Positions 37,404 through 49,974 are shown, counted from the first letter of the stretch. The stretch is 64,000 nucleotides of DNA from Scyliorhinus canicula (GCF_902713615.1 NW_024055820.1:1-64000), one strand, 5' to 3'. Numbers and translations: made by a program. Notes: a model not told the origin generated them from the sequence alone.

Positions 37404-38573
37404 GAAGATACTTCAATTCTAAACAGCGGAATAGTTTGCAGGAGTGGGAGTCTGGCACATGTTCCCATCGAGACTAGTATCACCATGAGGCACATTAGAT
37501 TGCTCAGCCATGTCGCCAAGCAAGGTTCACTATTAATGCTTGCCTGGATGGCCGTTTCCATTATATTACAACATAATGATGGAGCAGGAATAGGGAAAAA
37601 GACCTTTCGAGCCTCTTCCACCAAATAATAAGATCCTGGTTGATCCACACCCCAACACCAATTTCCCACCCGATCCCGACATCACTTCATTCCCTTACCG
37701 TCGAAAAATCCATCATAAAGCTGACAATGTACTGCATTGACTGAGGATCCGCAGACCAGTGTGCTGTAGAAATTCAAACAGTCACCAACCTTTTGGTTAA
37801 GACATGTCTTCTCACCTCAATTGAAAGGATCTGCCACATTTATCATGGATTGGCCATGATAAATTGCCCTTAGTGTCCAAAATTCGATGATTAACCTAGG
37901 ACAATAGTTCGGCACAACATCGTGGGCCGAAGGGCCTGTTCTGTGCTGTATTTCTCTATATCTATTATCCGGAGAATGTGAGCAGAGTTCTGGGTACTCT
38001 CGCCAGGGAGCCTCCAGCATATCTCTCAGTATGTACATTGTTAAAGTGTTTTTTTAAGTTCAAACTGCCTCAATGAGATCACTGCTGCTTATTCTATACT
38101 CCATGGAGAATACATTTATCCCACTGAATCTATCACCTTGGACAAAGGCTTCATGTCAGGAGCCAATCCGGTCATTCCAGAGAGAGACTGTGAAATTGAA
38201 AGAGACGAAGGCAGATATACAGACACAAAGAGAGACAGATAGAGACGGGGGTGGGGGTAAGTACTGAAAGGAGCAGATACACTTCGCCTTATCATATGAC
38301 TGTTAAATTAGACTGACATTCACAGAGGAAGAGAACTAAAGTCTTCCATTTAAGCAAAGCCTTTCACAAACTCAGGATCATAGAAGTGCTTTCGCGGAAA
38401 TGGATTGTATTTGAAGTGTCGTCACTGCTGACATCTAATGAGAGAGACGGTTTGTTAAAATGCTGACTCAGCAGAAGACAAAATACCATCTGAAGAACTG
38501 TGGAATATTTATTTCTATATCTGTGAACTTTTCCTTGTTAGTTTGATGCGGATTGTGTAGAAGTAAATATGAA

Positions 38574-38750
38574 ATGAAATGAAATTAAAAATGAAAAATG
38601 AAAATCGCTTATTGTCACGAGTAGGCTTCAATGAAGTTACGTGAAAAGCCCCTAGTCGCCACATTCCGGCGCCTGTCCGGGGAGGCTGGTACGGGAATCG
38701 AACCGTGCTGCTGGCCTGCTTGGTCTGCTTTAAAAGCCAGAGATTTAGCT
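38574..38750 (-). mobile_element. tRNA-derived SINE
   Basis: Same family as 14396; (tttca)n tail. Confidence 0.85.
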
Positions 38751-39114
38751 GAGTGAATAGCAGCTCAGTGAATAAATTTCACCTCGGATCCCGGACGAAA
38801 CAGGGACCAAACTTTTCATTTCTCTCAGGTCATCTACCAGCTCCCTCGTTTATATTGAATAGAGATCCGGACTGTTCAGCCTTTCCCGGTGATCATAAAC
38901 AATCCAGTCTGCAACATTCAATCAACGGGACTCTGAACACTCACCATTCAAAAATACCGAGATGAATTTCCTTTTGAAAGATTGAAAACTGTTCTTTTTT
39001 GCACTCTCTTTAATGAATCCACACAGCTGCTTATTCATTCAAGGTTGTTGGTGACTGGCGCCAGAAATGTTTGCCCATCCTCAACTGGCCTTTACCGAAG
39101 TCGTATTGTACAAA

Positions 39115-40430
39115 TAGAACAGGGAGATATACTCCCCGGGATAATCGTCAGTGAGTTTAGCGAGCTGGTATCAGAGGGAATGGAGAACTGTGAGAGGATC
39201 CCTGGGGTGATGTTCTTTTGGTTCACGGTGAGGGAATCTGAGGGAATGGAGCAGGGGGAGAGGATCCTTGGGGTGATGGTCAGTGAGTTCAGGGGGATGG
39301 TATCAGAGGGAATGGAGCAGGGAGAGAGGATCCCTCGGATGATGGTCAGAGAGTTCAGGGGGATGGTATCAGAGGGGATGGAGCAGGGAGAGAGGATTCC
39401 TGGGGCGATGGTCTGTGAGTTCAGGGGGATGGTATCAGAGGTAATGGAGCAGGGAGAGAGGATCCTTGGGGTGATGGTCAGTGAGTTCAGGGGGATCAGA
39501 GGGAATGGAGCAGGGAGAGAGGATTCCTGGGGCGATGGTCTGTGAGTTCAGGGGGATGGTATCAGAGGTAATGGAGCAGGGAGAGAGGATCCCTGGAGTG
39601 ATGTTCAGTGAGTTCAGACGGAAGTGTAGCAGAGGGAATGGAGCAGGGAGAGAGGATCCCTGGGGTGATGTTCAGTGAGTTCAGACGGAAGGGTAGCAGA
39701 GGGAATGGAGCCGGGAGAGAGGATCCTTGGGGTGATGCTCAGTGAGTTCAGACGGAAGTGTAGCAGAGGGAATAGAGCAGGGAGAGAGGATCCCTGGGCT
39801 GGTGGTCAGTGAGTTCAGCGGGAAGGGTAGCAGAGGGAATGGAGCAGGGAGAGACGATCCCTGGGGTGATGTTCAGTGAGTTCAGACGGAAGGGTAGCAG
39901 AGGGAATGGATCCGGGGGAGAGGATCCCTGGGGTGATGTTCAGTGAGGTCAGGCGGAGGGTAACAGAGGGAATGGAGCAGGGAGAGAGGATCCCTGGTGT
40001 GATGTTCAGTGAGTTCACGGGGATGGTATCAGAGGGAATGGAGCAGGGAGAGAGGATCCCTGGGGTGATGGTCAGTGAGTTCAGGGGGATGGTATCAGAG
40101 GGAATGGAGCAGGGAGAGAGGATCCCTGTGGTGGTGGTCAGTGAGTTCAGGGGGAGGGTAACAGAGGGAATGGAGCAGGGAGAGAGGATCCCTGATAAGA
40201 TGTTCAGTGAGTTCAGGGGGATGAAAGCAGAGTGAATGGAGCAGGGAGAGAAGTCCCTGGGGTGATGTTCAGTGAGTTCAGGGGGATAGCATCAGAGGGA
40301 ATGGAGCAGGGAGAGAGGATCCATGGTGTGATGGTCAGTGAGTTCAGGGGGATGGTATCAGAGGGAATGGAGCCGCGGGAGAGGATCCCTGCTGTGATGT
40401 TCAATGAGTTCAGGGCAATGGTAGCAGTGG
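39115..40430. repeat. 66/67-bp minisatellite, about 20 copies
   Basis: Unit gagggaatggagcagggagagaggatccctggggtgatggtcagtgagttcagggggatggtatca; a central block carries a 67-nt variant. Confidence 0.93.
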
Positions 40431-41109
40431 AACTGGAACCTTTTCCATGTTTTAACCTTATTTACTGTGGACCGATGGACCTCAGTATTTAGGAATTACC
40501 ACGATTTTCGCTCCCTTTTGTTACTCCTTTGCCCCAAACATTGGTGACAATGTGGACAGTCGTACTCGGTTATCTGTTCTGTGGAGTACTTCCCAGCCTT
40601 TCGGGCTCACCTCGTGGCTTGTACCCGTTTTTCTGTCTGCGTTACACATATAGCATGTGCTATTGTGATTATCTAATCGGACAACATGGAGAGAGATTCA
40701 CTCTGTTAATCTGCGCTGCCGCACCCCTGGCGCAGTGTGAAGGGGCAATGTGAAGGAAACATTTTTTCTCCCATTCTTTGCCATGTATCGGCCTCAGATC
40801 AAGCAGATCCCCAACTGTTGAAAATTACTTCAAATGGGACTGTGATAGACCAGATTATGAGTTCAATCAGCGACTTTCTCCTCGCTGGACAATCATTCCG
40901 TCTCTGGATTTTACTTTCAGAAGGCCGAGGTCAAGATGCGTTGACACGGATGGGTCGCTGGGTGGCGCAGGCACGCTTGCACTGACAGGACGAGTGTAGA
41001 ACACGTTTGAGAAAGGGGAGAACAGTCGAATAGGGGAAATTGAGTGGTGTCGAGGCCTTTGGGGAAAGGAGTTCAGCAAAGGCACATTTAGTTCATTTTT
41101 CAATCAGGA

Positions 41110-41115
41110 TTTATT
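41110..41115 (-). terminator. Probable poly(A) signal of the membrane-IgM mRNA
   Basis: AATAAA on the minus strand about 380 nt past the TM2 stop. Confidence 0.5.
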
Positions 41116-41497
41116 TTTAAAATTCCAGAGAACATTTTGCAGAAAAGTTCATTTAAAAATTAACAAAAGGGACAACAACCGAGTTTCACATTGAGAACAG
41201 TACACACTCGTCCTGAGCTGCAAAAATATATATTCAACTGTAACAGACTTTAGAAAGGAGAACAGGAGCTGAGCATAAACGGATGACAATAATTGCGAAA
41301 AAGGAATGAAAAAAGTTAATTAATTGCAGACGGAAATCAAGCTACAGAACAATTCTAAGATAAAATTACAGCACACCCATATTATTTCGTATATTTCAAC
41401 TGAAAAACAGTTTAAAGTCACCAGGGGACATATGAATGCCTATTAGGGATCTTGATGAACAGCTGACGAAAATCTACGATGTCCAAACTTCAACCGA

Positions 41498-41506
41498 TCA
41501 CTCGAT
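41498..41506 (-). CDS. IGHM: IgM TM2 exon (IE*), inferred
   Basis: Strong acceptor atcttcttttacag followed by atc gag tga, 139 nt after the TM1 donor. An alternative weaker acceptor near 41546 would give VTNI*. Confidence 0.6.
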   Translation of the reverse strand: ME

Positions 41507-41645
41507 CTGTAAAAGAAGATTAAATAATGAATCAGATGTTGGTGACCTGAGACGTTCATTTTCGAGTTTCAAATTAATGAAAAGTTCAGAGGTTTCTCAA
41601 ACCGCTTCATTCAGTCTGAAGAATGAGTGGATTGAATGTTCTCAC

Positions 41646-41773
41646 CTTCACCAGAGTGACTGCAGCGCTGTAGGAAATGCTCAGGAAGAACAGGGTGATG
41701 AATGTGGAAGCGGTTGTCCAGATGTTGCCGTTATCATCCTCATCGTCTTCAGTCCAGGTGTGCTCTGTAGAGT
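41646..41773 (-). CDS. IGHM: IgM TM1 exon (not in the ORF track)
   Basis: (D)STEHTWTEDDEDDNGNIWTTASTFITLFFLSISYSAAVTLVK followed by GTGAG; has the conserved Ig TM motif. Confidence 0.93.
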
Positions 41774-42423
41774 CTGGCCGACGAAATATAATTAGATTTT
41801 TTTCATCCAGGATATCTTATTTTGCTTGATATTTATTATTATTTATCTTTTATAAATGAGTAAGTCGTTCTCTAATTTACTTTCCATTGTACATCTTCTG
41901 CTAATCTCGTGACACTCAGAAACTGATTTATTTAAATAACTCCACAGTTGTTCATCTTTTACTTCCTCAAACAGTTCGTGTCGCAAAACATGACAGCTTT
42001 TATTCAGTTTCAGTTTATTTTCGAACAATTTGGCACAATGGGAGATTATTATGATTGATATTGACGGAAGTTCGCTGAGCTACTTATTTGGAAACTTTGA
42101 ATGTTTTTGTTCCGAACGCGGACGTCAGTTCCTATCTTATTTGTTTACTTTTGGTTGAAACACTTGTCATGTCACTTACTTAAACCAGTTTCGTAGTCAG
42201 AACATTATTTCAGTGCCTTTGTGGGATCATTATGGAATAGGGATGGGTATGGATGCATATGCCCATTAAAACAGTTACATTCCAAATATACTGTCATCCC
42301 GCCGTTTGTTTCTTTGAACTCGAGTAACTCCTAATTTGTATCATCTGTTTGAATGTGTGTATGAGCGTTAATGCGAGTATTCATATGTCAATTAGGTTTA
42401 ACTGCTGTGAGTGTCTGTATACA

Positions 42424-42610
42424 GAGGCTGTTTAGCTCACAGGGCTAATCGCTGGCTTTGAAAGCAGACCAAGGCAAGCCAGCAGCACGGTTCGATTCCC
42501 GTAACAGCCTCCCCGAACAGGCGCCGGAATGTGGCGACTAGGGGCTTTTCACAGTAACTTCATTTGAAGCCTACTCGTGACAATAAGCGATTTTCATTTT
42601 TTCATTTTCA
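42424..42610 (+). mobile_element. tRNA-derived SINE
   Basis: Plus-strand copy with a ttttca tail. Confidence 0.85.
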
Positions 42611-42619
42611 TATTTTGTG

Positions 42620-43290
42620 ACTATATCGATGTGTATGCACGAGTGAGTTATTTTGTCTTTGTTTATTTCTTAATAGTTGTGTTAATGCAAGCTTATGCGT
42701 TCATGCCTGCTAATATATGTAGTAATATATTTCTTTTCGCGCCACATATCTATCAATATACTAATCTGTGTGTCCCTTTGTGCGTGTGAGTGCGGGTATT
42801 GTGTGTCTGTGTGAGTGGGATAATGTGTATATTTATGTGCTGATATATTTGTATGACTATATTTTGAAATGTGTTTATGTCCTCCTGTGTGCGAATGTGC
42901 GTTTTCGTGTTCTCTCGTGCATGGCCATGCAAATGTTTGCATCTAGATCTGTGTGTGTGTGTGTGCGGTGCTGTGCTGTCTCTTCATCTATGTGATTGTG
43001 CGCCCGTATGAAGTATGTGAATGTGCATCAATGTGTGTCCATATGTGTGTGTTAATGTGTGCGAGTGTACTCCTTTATGTCTGCATCACAGTCTGCGTCA
43101 ACGTGTGCTGAGTTACATGTTGATGGTTACGCATGTTTGTCACGTCGTTGTGTGAGTCTGCCTGTCTGGCTTAATATATTTGTATTTATGTCTGTTTGTG
43201 CGCGCGTGAGTGTGTATCTACATGTGCATATGTATGTGTGCATTTCTGTCTGTGCATGTGTATATGCGTATATTTTGTGCGGGACTGCAG
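42620..43290. repeat. Degenerate (TG)n-rich low-complexity tract
   Basis: Dense tgtgtg/tatgtg repeats. Confidence 0.8.
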
Positions 43291-44039
43291 GGGTTTGCAC
43301 GTGACAAACCGAAAAAGGAGCGTTACTTTATTTTAAAATTGAGTTTTTTAAAGACATATTTTATACCATGCTTCATGCAAGTTTAAAACCTGGAGCCAGT
43401 AAGTTCGAAATGACTTTAATTGGTGAAATCTCCTTGCAGTAGATACACGTTCCCTTCCAAAGGGAGGATAGTGAGCTCATTGTTTCGCTATCCAAGGTGG
43501 GCTAAGCAATATCCCGATCGGTTCGCTGCGTTGAGGAGATGGCGGTACAGTGAGTTACCCAATGTACTTTCCCCTCAGTTTCTTGGTAACGTGGAAGAAA
43601 ATGTAATGTATTTGCTCTTCAGTTTTCTTTGTTGGGGAACAGGGGGTTCAGTGAATTGAATAATGCCCCTCCCCGGCTCTACGTTGGGGAATTGGGGGTA
43701 CAGTGTATCAACTAATATCCCTTCCGCTCTCGTTTTGGAGGAGTGGGTACTTTTGATTAACTAATGACGCTCCCGCTCTCTTTATTGCGGAAGTAGGGTA
43801 AAGTAGATTATCTAATGCCAACCTGTATTTGTTGGGGAGTGGGAGTACAGAAGATTAATAAATGCCTCTCCCGATATCTTTGTTGGGAAAATAAGAGTGT
43901 AGTGGGTTAACTAATGCCCCCTCCCACTCTTTTTTGGAGAAGTGGGTGTACAATGCTTTAACTAATGCCCCTCACTATCTCTTTGTTGGAAAAGTAGGGA
44001 TACAATGGATTAACTAATATTCCTCCCCCTCTATTTGGA

Positions 44040-46170
44040 GGCCATATTAGATTTGGTGCTTGGCAACGAACCAGGCTAGGTGTCAGATATCTCGGTGGGA
44101 GAGCATTTCGGTGACAGTGACCACAATTCCTTGACCTTTGCCATAGTCATGGAGCGGGATAGGAACATACCGTATGGGAAGGTATTTAATTGGGGGACGG
44201 AAAATTATATTGCTATTAGACAGGAGTTGGGGAGCATAAATTGGGAACAGATGTTCTCAGGGGAATTCACAACAGTAATGTGGGTGTTATTGAAGGAGTA
44301 CTTGCTGCGAGTGCTGGATAGTTTTGTTCCACTGAGACAAGGAAGGAATGGTAAGGTGAAGGAACCTTGGATGACAAGTGAAGTGGAGCTTCTAGTCAAG
44401 AGGAAGAAGGAAACTTACGTAAGGTTGAGGAAGCAAGGATCTGACTCGGCTCTAGAGGGTTACAAGGTAGCCAGGAAGGAACTAAAAAATGGACTTAGTA
44501 GAGCTAGAAGAGGGCATGAAAAAGTCCTGGATGGAAGGATTAGGGAAAACCCCAAGGCGTTCGACACTTATGTGAGAAATAAGAGGGTGGTCAGAGTGAG
44601 AGTAGGGCCGATCAGGGATCGTGAAGGGAACTTGTGCAGAGAGTCTGAGGAGGTAGGAGAGGCCCTAAATGAATATTTTGCTTCAGTATTCATTCGAGAG
44701 AGGGACACTGTTGCTCGTGACAACAGCGTGAAGGAGGTTGATAGGCTCGAACAGCTTGATATTAAGAAGGAGTATGTGCTGGAAATTTTGAAAGGCATCA
44801 GGATAGAGAAGTCCCCTGGACCAGAGGGGATATAGCCAAGGTTAAAAGGGGAAGCGGGGGAGGCGAGTTCTGCGCCGTTGGCGATTATCTTTGCGTCCTC
44901 ACTCTCCACTGGAGTAGTACCGGATGATTGGAGCAGGCAAATGTTGTTCTCCTCTTCAAGAAAGGGAATAGGGAAATCCCTGGGAATTACAGACCCACCA
45001 GGCTTACGTCTGTGCTGAGCAAAATAGTGGAAAGGATTCTGCGAGATAGGATTTATGATTATTTAGAAAAACATAGTTGATTAAAGATAGTCAGCATGGC
45101 TTTGTGAGGGACAGGTCATGCCTCTCAAGCCTCCTCGAATTATTTGAGGATGTGACGAGACACATGGATGAAGGTCGGGCAGAGGATGTGGTGAATATGG
45201 ATTTCAGTAAGGGTCCGTACGGTAGGCTCATTCAGAAAGTTAGGGGGCATGGGATACAGGGAAATTTGGTTGTCTGGATACAGAATTGGCTGGCCGAAAG
45301 AAGACAGTGGATGGTCGTGTATGTTTATTATAAATTACTTGGATGAGGAAGTGGAAGGGTAGGTTAATACGTTTGCCAATGACACGATTGTTGGGTGAGT
45401 TGTAGATAGTGTTGAGGGTTGTTGCAGGTTACAACAAGACATTGACAGGATGCAGAGCTGGGCTGAAAAGTGGCAGATGGAGTTCAACCTAAATATGATT
45501 CATTTTGGAAGGTCGAATTTGAATGCTGAATACAGGGTTAAAGGCAGGATTCTTGGAAGTGCGGACGAACAGAGAGATCTTGGGGTCTACATACATAGAT
45601 CCCTCAAAGTTGCCACCCAGGTTGATAGCGCTGTTAAGAAGGTGTATGGTGTGTTGGCTTTCATTAACAGGAGGATTGAGTTTAAGAGCCACGATGTTTT
45701 GCTGCAGCTTTATAAAACCTTGGTTAGGCCACACTTGGAAAATTGTGTCCAGTTCTGGTCACCTCAATATAGGAAAGATGTGGATGCTTTGGAGAGGGTG
45801 CAGAGGAGATTTTCCAGGATGCTGCTTGGACTGGAGGGCATGTCTTATGAAGAAAGGTTGAGGGAGCTAGGGCTTTTCTCACTTTTTTCCCCAGGGAGGT
45901 AATGGCTGTCACGACGGGACATAATTCTAAGGTGATTGTTGGGAGGTATAGGGGAGATGTCAGAGGTAGGTTCTTTGCACAGAGAGTGGTGGGTGTGGGA
46001 ATGCAATGCCAGTGGAGGTGGTGGAGTTAGACTCATCAGGGACATGTAAGCGACTCTTGGACAGGCACATGGACAGCAGTACATTGAAGGGGTGTCGGTT
46101 AGGTTGGCCTTAAATTAGGATAAATGGTCGGCATAGCATCTTGGGCCGAAGGGCCTGTACTGTTCGGTGT
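44040..46170 (+). mobile_element. 5'-truncated CR1 LINE (ORF2 endonuclease end and RT, frameshifted)
   Basis: ORFs 44080-44835 (GDSDHNSLTF), 45077-45346 (SQHGFVRDRSCL) and 45450-45902; 3' tail gggccgaagggcctgtact. Confidence 0.92.
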
Positions 46171-46500
46171 TGTATGTTCTGTTTGTTGGGGAGTGGGGGC
46201 ACAGAAGATTAAGTAATGCCCCTTCCCCTCTCTTTGTTGGGTAGTGGGCTACAGTGGATTAGCTATTGCACCTGCCCCTCTCGTTTTTGATAAAATGGGA
46301 GCACAATTAATCAATTAATGCCCCTTTCTCTCTATTTTTGAGGAGTGGGAGCACAGTGGACTAACTAATGCATCTCCACCTTTCTTTCTTCATAACACAT
46401 GCACTCCAGTCCAAGCAGCATCCTGGTAAATCACATCTGTACCGTCACCAAAGCATCCACATCCTTCCCATAATGAGGCGACCAGAACTGAACACAATAA

Positions 46501-48330
46501 GCCAAGGACAGAATATATAAAACAAAAGAGAGTGGTGAAGGTAAATATTGGTCTTTTAGAGGATGAGAAGCGAGTTTCAACAATGGGAGATGAGTAAATG
46601 GCTGAGGAACTGAACAGGTTTTCTGGGTCGGTCTTCAGAATGGAAGACACAAATAACATGCCAGTGATTGATAGGAATGAGGCTATGACATGTGATGACC
46701 TTGAGAGGATTGTTATCACTAAGGAGGTAGTGATGGGCAAGCGAATGGGACTAAAGGTAGACATGTCTCCTGGCCCTGATGGAATGCATCCCAGAGTGCT
46801 AAAAGAGATGGCTAGGGAAATTGCAGATGCACTAGTGATAATTTACCAAAATTCACTAGACTCTGGTGTGATCCCGATGGATTGGAAATTAGCTAACGTG
46901 ACACCACTGTTTAAAAAAGGAGGTAGGCAGAGAGCGGGTAATTATAGGCCAGTGAGCTTAACTTCGGTAGTAGGGAAGATGCTGGAATCTATCATAAAGG
47001 AAGAAATAGCGAGGCATCTGGATATAAATTGTCCCATTGGGCAGACGCAGCATGGCTTCATAAAGGGCAGGTCGTGCCTAACTAATTTAGTGGAATTTGT
47101 TGAGGATATTACCAGTGCAGTAGATAACGGGGAGCCAATGGATGTGGTATATCTGGATTTCCAGAAATCCTTTGAAAAGTTCCCACACAAATGTTTGCTG
47201 CATAAGATAAAGATGCATGGTATTAAGGGTAAAGTAGTTGCAAGGATAGAGGATTGGTTAATTAATAGAAAGCAAAGCGTGGGGATTAATGGGTGTTTCT
47301 CTGGTTGACAATCAGTAGCTAGTGGTGTCCCTCAGGGATCAGTGTTGGGCTCACAATTGTTCACAATTTGCATAGGTGATTCGGAGTTGGGGACCAAGGG
47401 CAATGTGTCCAGGTTTGCAGATGACACTAAGATGAGTGGTAAAGCGAAAGGTGCAGAGGATACTGGAAGTCTGTAGAGGGTTTTGGATAGGTTAAGTGAA
47501 TGGGCTCGGGTCTGGCAGATGGAATACTATGTTGACAAATGTGAGGTTATCCATTTTGGTAGGAATAACAGCAAACGGGATTATTATTTAAACTATAAAA
47601 TATTAAAGCATGCTGCTGCGCAGAGAGACCTGGGTGTGCTAGTGCATGAGTCACAGAAAGTTGGTTTCCAAGTGCAACAGGTGATTAAGAAGGTGAAAGG
47701 ACTTTTGTCCTTCATTGCTAGAGGGATGGAGTTTAAGTCTAAGGAGGTTATGCCGCAATTGTATAAGGTGTTAGTGAGGCCACACCTGGAGTATTGTGTT
47801 CAGTTTTGGTCTCCTTACTTGAGAAAGGACGTACTGGAACTGGAGGGTGTGCAGAGGAGATTCACTGGATTAATCCCAGAGCTGAAGGGGTTGGATTACG
47901 AGGAGAGGTTGAGTAGACTGGGACTGTACTTGGAAGGATGAGGGGGGATCTTATAGAAAGATATAAAATTATGATGGGAATAGATAGGATAGCTGCGGGC
48001 AGGTTGTTTCCACTGGCGGGTGAACGCAGAACTATGGGGCATAGCCTCAAAATAAGGGGAAGTAGATTTCGGACTGAGTTTGGGAGGAACTTCTTCACCC
48101 AAAGGGTTATGAATCTATGGAATTTCTTGCGCAGTGAAGCAGTAGAGGTTCCTTCATTAAATGTTTTTAAGATAAAGATAGATAGTTTTTGGAAGAGTAA
48201 AGGGATCAAGGGTTATGGTCTTCAGGCTGGAAAGTGGAGCTGAGTCCACAAAAGATCAGCCATGATCTCATTGAATGGCGGAGCAGGCTCGAGGGGCCAG
48301 ATGGCCTACTCCTGCTCCTAGCTCTTACGT
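46501..48330 (+). mobile_element. 5'-truncated CR1 LINE nested in an older minus-strand CR1 fragment
   Basis: RT ORFs 46598-47308 and 47483-47941. The flanks 48375-48336 (LQLHKTLVRPQL) and 46500-46385 (YCVQFWSPHY) rejoin as consecutive CR1 sequence on the minus strand. Confidence 0.9.
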
Positions 48331-49403
48331 TATCTTCTTAATTGTGGTCTAACCAGGGTTTTATGAAGCTGCAGAAAAAAAATCTATTTTCTGGGGAAAT
48401 GGCGTAAAGTGGATTAGCTTTTACCCCTCTCCAGCTCTTTGTTCGGAAAATGAGGGAGAGTGGTTTAACTAATGTCCCTCCCCCTCTCTTTTCTTCGGAA
48501 GTAGGAATACAGTGAAACAATTAATTCCACGCCCATCTCTCTGTTGGGGAAATGGGGGATGTCGTTATGCCACTCCACCTCTCTTTTATGGGAAAGTGTG
48601 GTTACAGTAGATTAAGTGGCGCCCCTCTCCTCCTCTTTGTTGGGGAATTGGGGGTACAGTGCATTACTAATGCCCCCCCCCCTCTGTTTGTTGGGGAAGC
48701 GGGGTACAGTGCATAAGTAATGCCTCTCTCTCTTTGTATTTTTCAGAACATGGGGATTCAGTGGAGAAATAAATATTCCTCCCCCTCTCTGTATTGGGGA
48801 AGTGGATGTTCATTGGATTAAGTAATGCTCCTCTACCCACACACTTTGTTGGGGAAGTGGGTACAATGCATTAACTGGTGCCGTCTCCATCTATTAGGTG
48901 GGGAAGTGGCCGTAGCGTGGGTTAACTAGTGCCCCTTCCATCTTTTTGATGGGGAAGTGGGGGTACAGTGGATTAACAATTTCCCAGTTCTCTCTCTGAC
49001 TGGGAGTTGTTGGTCCATGTTTCCGTGTGACGCTCAATGCATTTCCCAGTGGGTGTGATACAGCAACTTAAAGCTGGCATCAATTTTAAAGGGATGGACA
49101 ATGAGAGAAGCAGGAACACCGAGATCTGAATGTGATGGGTTTGTTTGTCTGAAATGGGAAATTGTCCTACTTATCCTCAGCGGGAGGAAAGTCAATGAAG
49201 ATATTTTGCTGAATCCTGGAATGAATGAGTTTTACTCCGCCTCTAACCGAGGGTGTATCTGAACTTGGAGCACTGCCTTTAAAACTCTGGGGTCTAAGAC
49301 CTGTAGAAATCTGACTCCAATTAAACAGGTCTAACATTAGCAAAGTGGAAGCACCATTAATTACGCAGTCTTATATTTAAATCACAATTGAAGGGGGAAA
49401 CGC

Positions 49404-49417
49404 TTTATTATTTTATT
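49404..49417 (-). terminator. Two AATAAA signals for secreted-IgM mRNA
   Basis: tttatt on the plus strand at 49404-49409 and 49412-49417, about 55-65 nt after the secretory stop. Confidence 0.75.
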
Positions 49418-49470
49418 GCAGTTCGAAATGTAACTGATCGTTTCAAATTGTCATGAATTAACGTTGTCCA

Positions 49471-49835
49471 TCAAAGCAAGGAAATGTTAACAACATTCGG
49501 TTTACCGCTGGATTTATTAACCGTTCTGCTGATGATCTTCAGGGGGATGGCTTCATGTCCCGCCACACAGGAGTAAGAAGCGCCGCTGGCCCACTCCTCC
49601 GCTGCAATGGATAACAGGCTGTACATGAAGAAGGAGCTATTGCCGTTCTCCGCCATCACCTCGGTGTTCTTGTAGTTCCCGGGATTCACCGGCTTGTCAT
49701 TGACGGTCCACTTGACGAAGATCTCTCGGGGAGAGAAACCTCTCACTAGGCAGCTGAGGGAGACGAATCTCTGAGCGGAGACGTCTTCAGCCGAGGGCAG
49801 GAGGACAGAGACGGACGGTTCCCGCGGATTGGGAT
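49471..49835 (-). CDS. IGHM: IgM CH4 with truncated secretory tailpiece
   Basis: (D)[42 protein letters not shown]...[34 protein letters not shown]. The internal TM donor G|GTAAA is at 49506/49505. Confidence 0.95.
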
Positions 49836-49974
49836 CTGCAGAAAATGTACAATAAATGTCAATAAAATGGGGGGTCCCGGAGACAATGGAAACTCGAGGT
49901 CCACAACAAGTCCCCCCTCCCACATACACACACACTCACACCTTGCTCCTAGAGAATTGGGAAACTGCCAATGT

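Larger units (their letters stand above)
43540..48990. repeat. Degenerate satellite (unit about 52 bp) in three pieces (about 43540-44038, 46180-46385, 48380-48990) split by CR1 insertions
   Basis: Consensus approximately ttgttggggaagtgggggtacagtggattaactaatgccccctcccctctct in all three blocks. Confidence 0.85.

Noticed and set aside
38982-40492. Repetitive 'EGMEQGERIPG' proteins, or a CRISPR-like array
   Set aside because: These are contiguous minisatellite units without unique spacers, frames break at the 67-nt units, and the context is eukaryotic.
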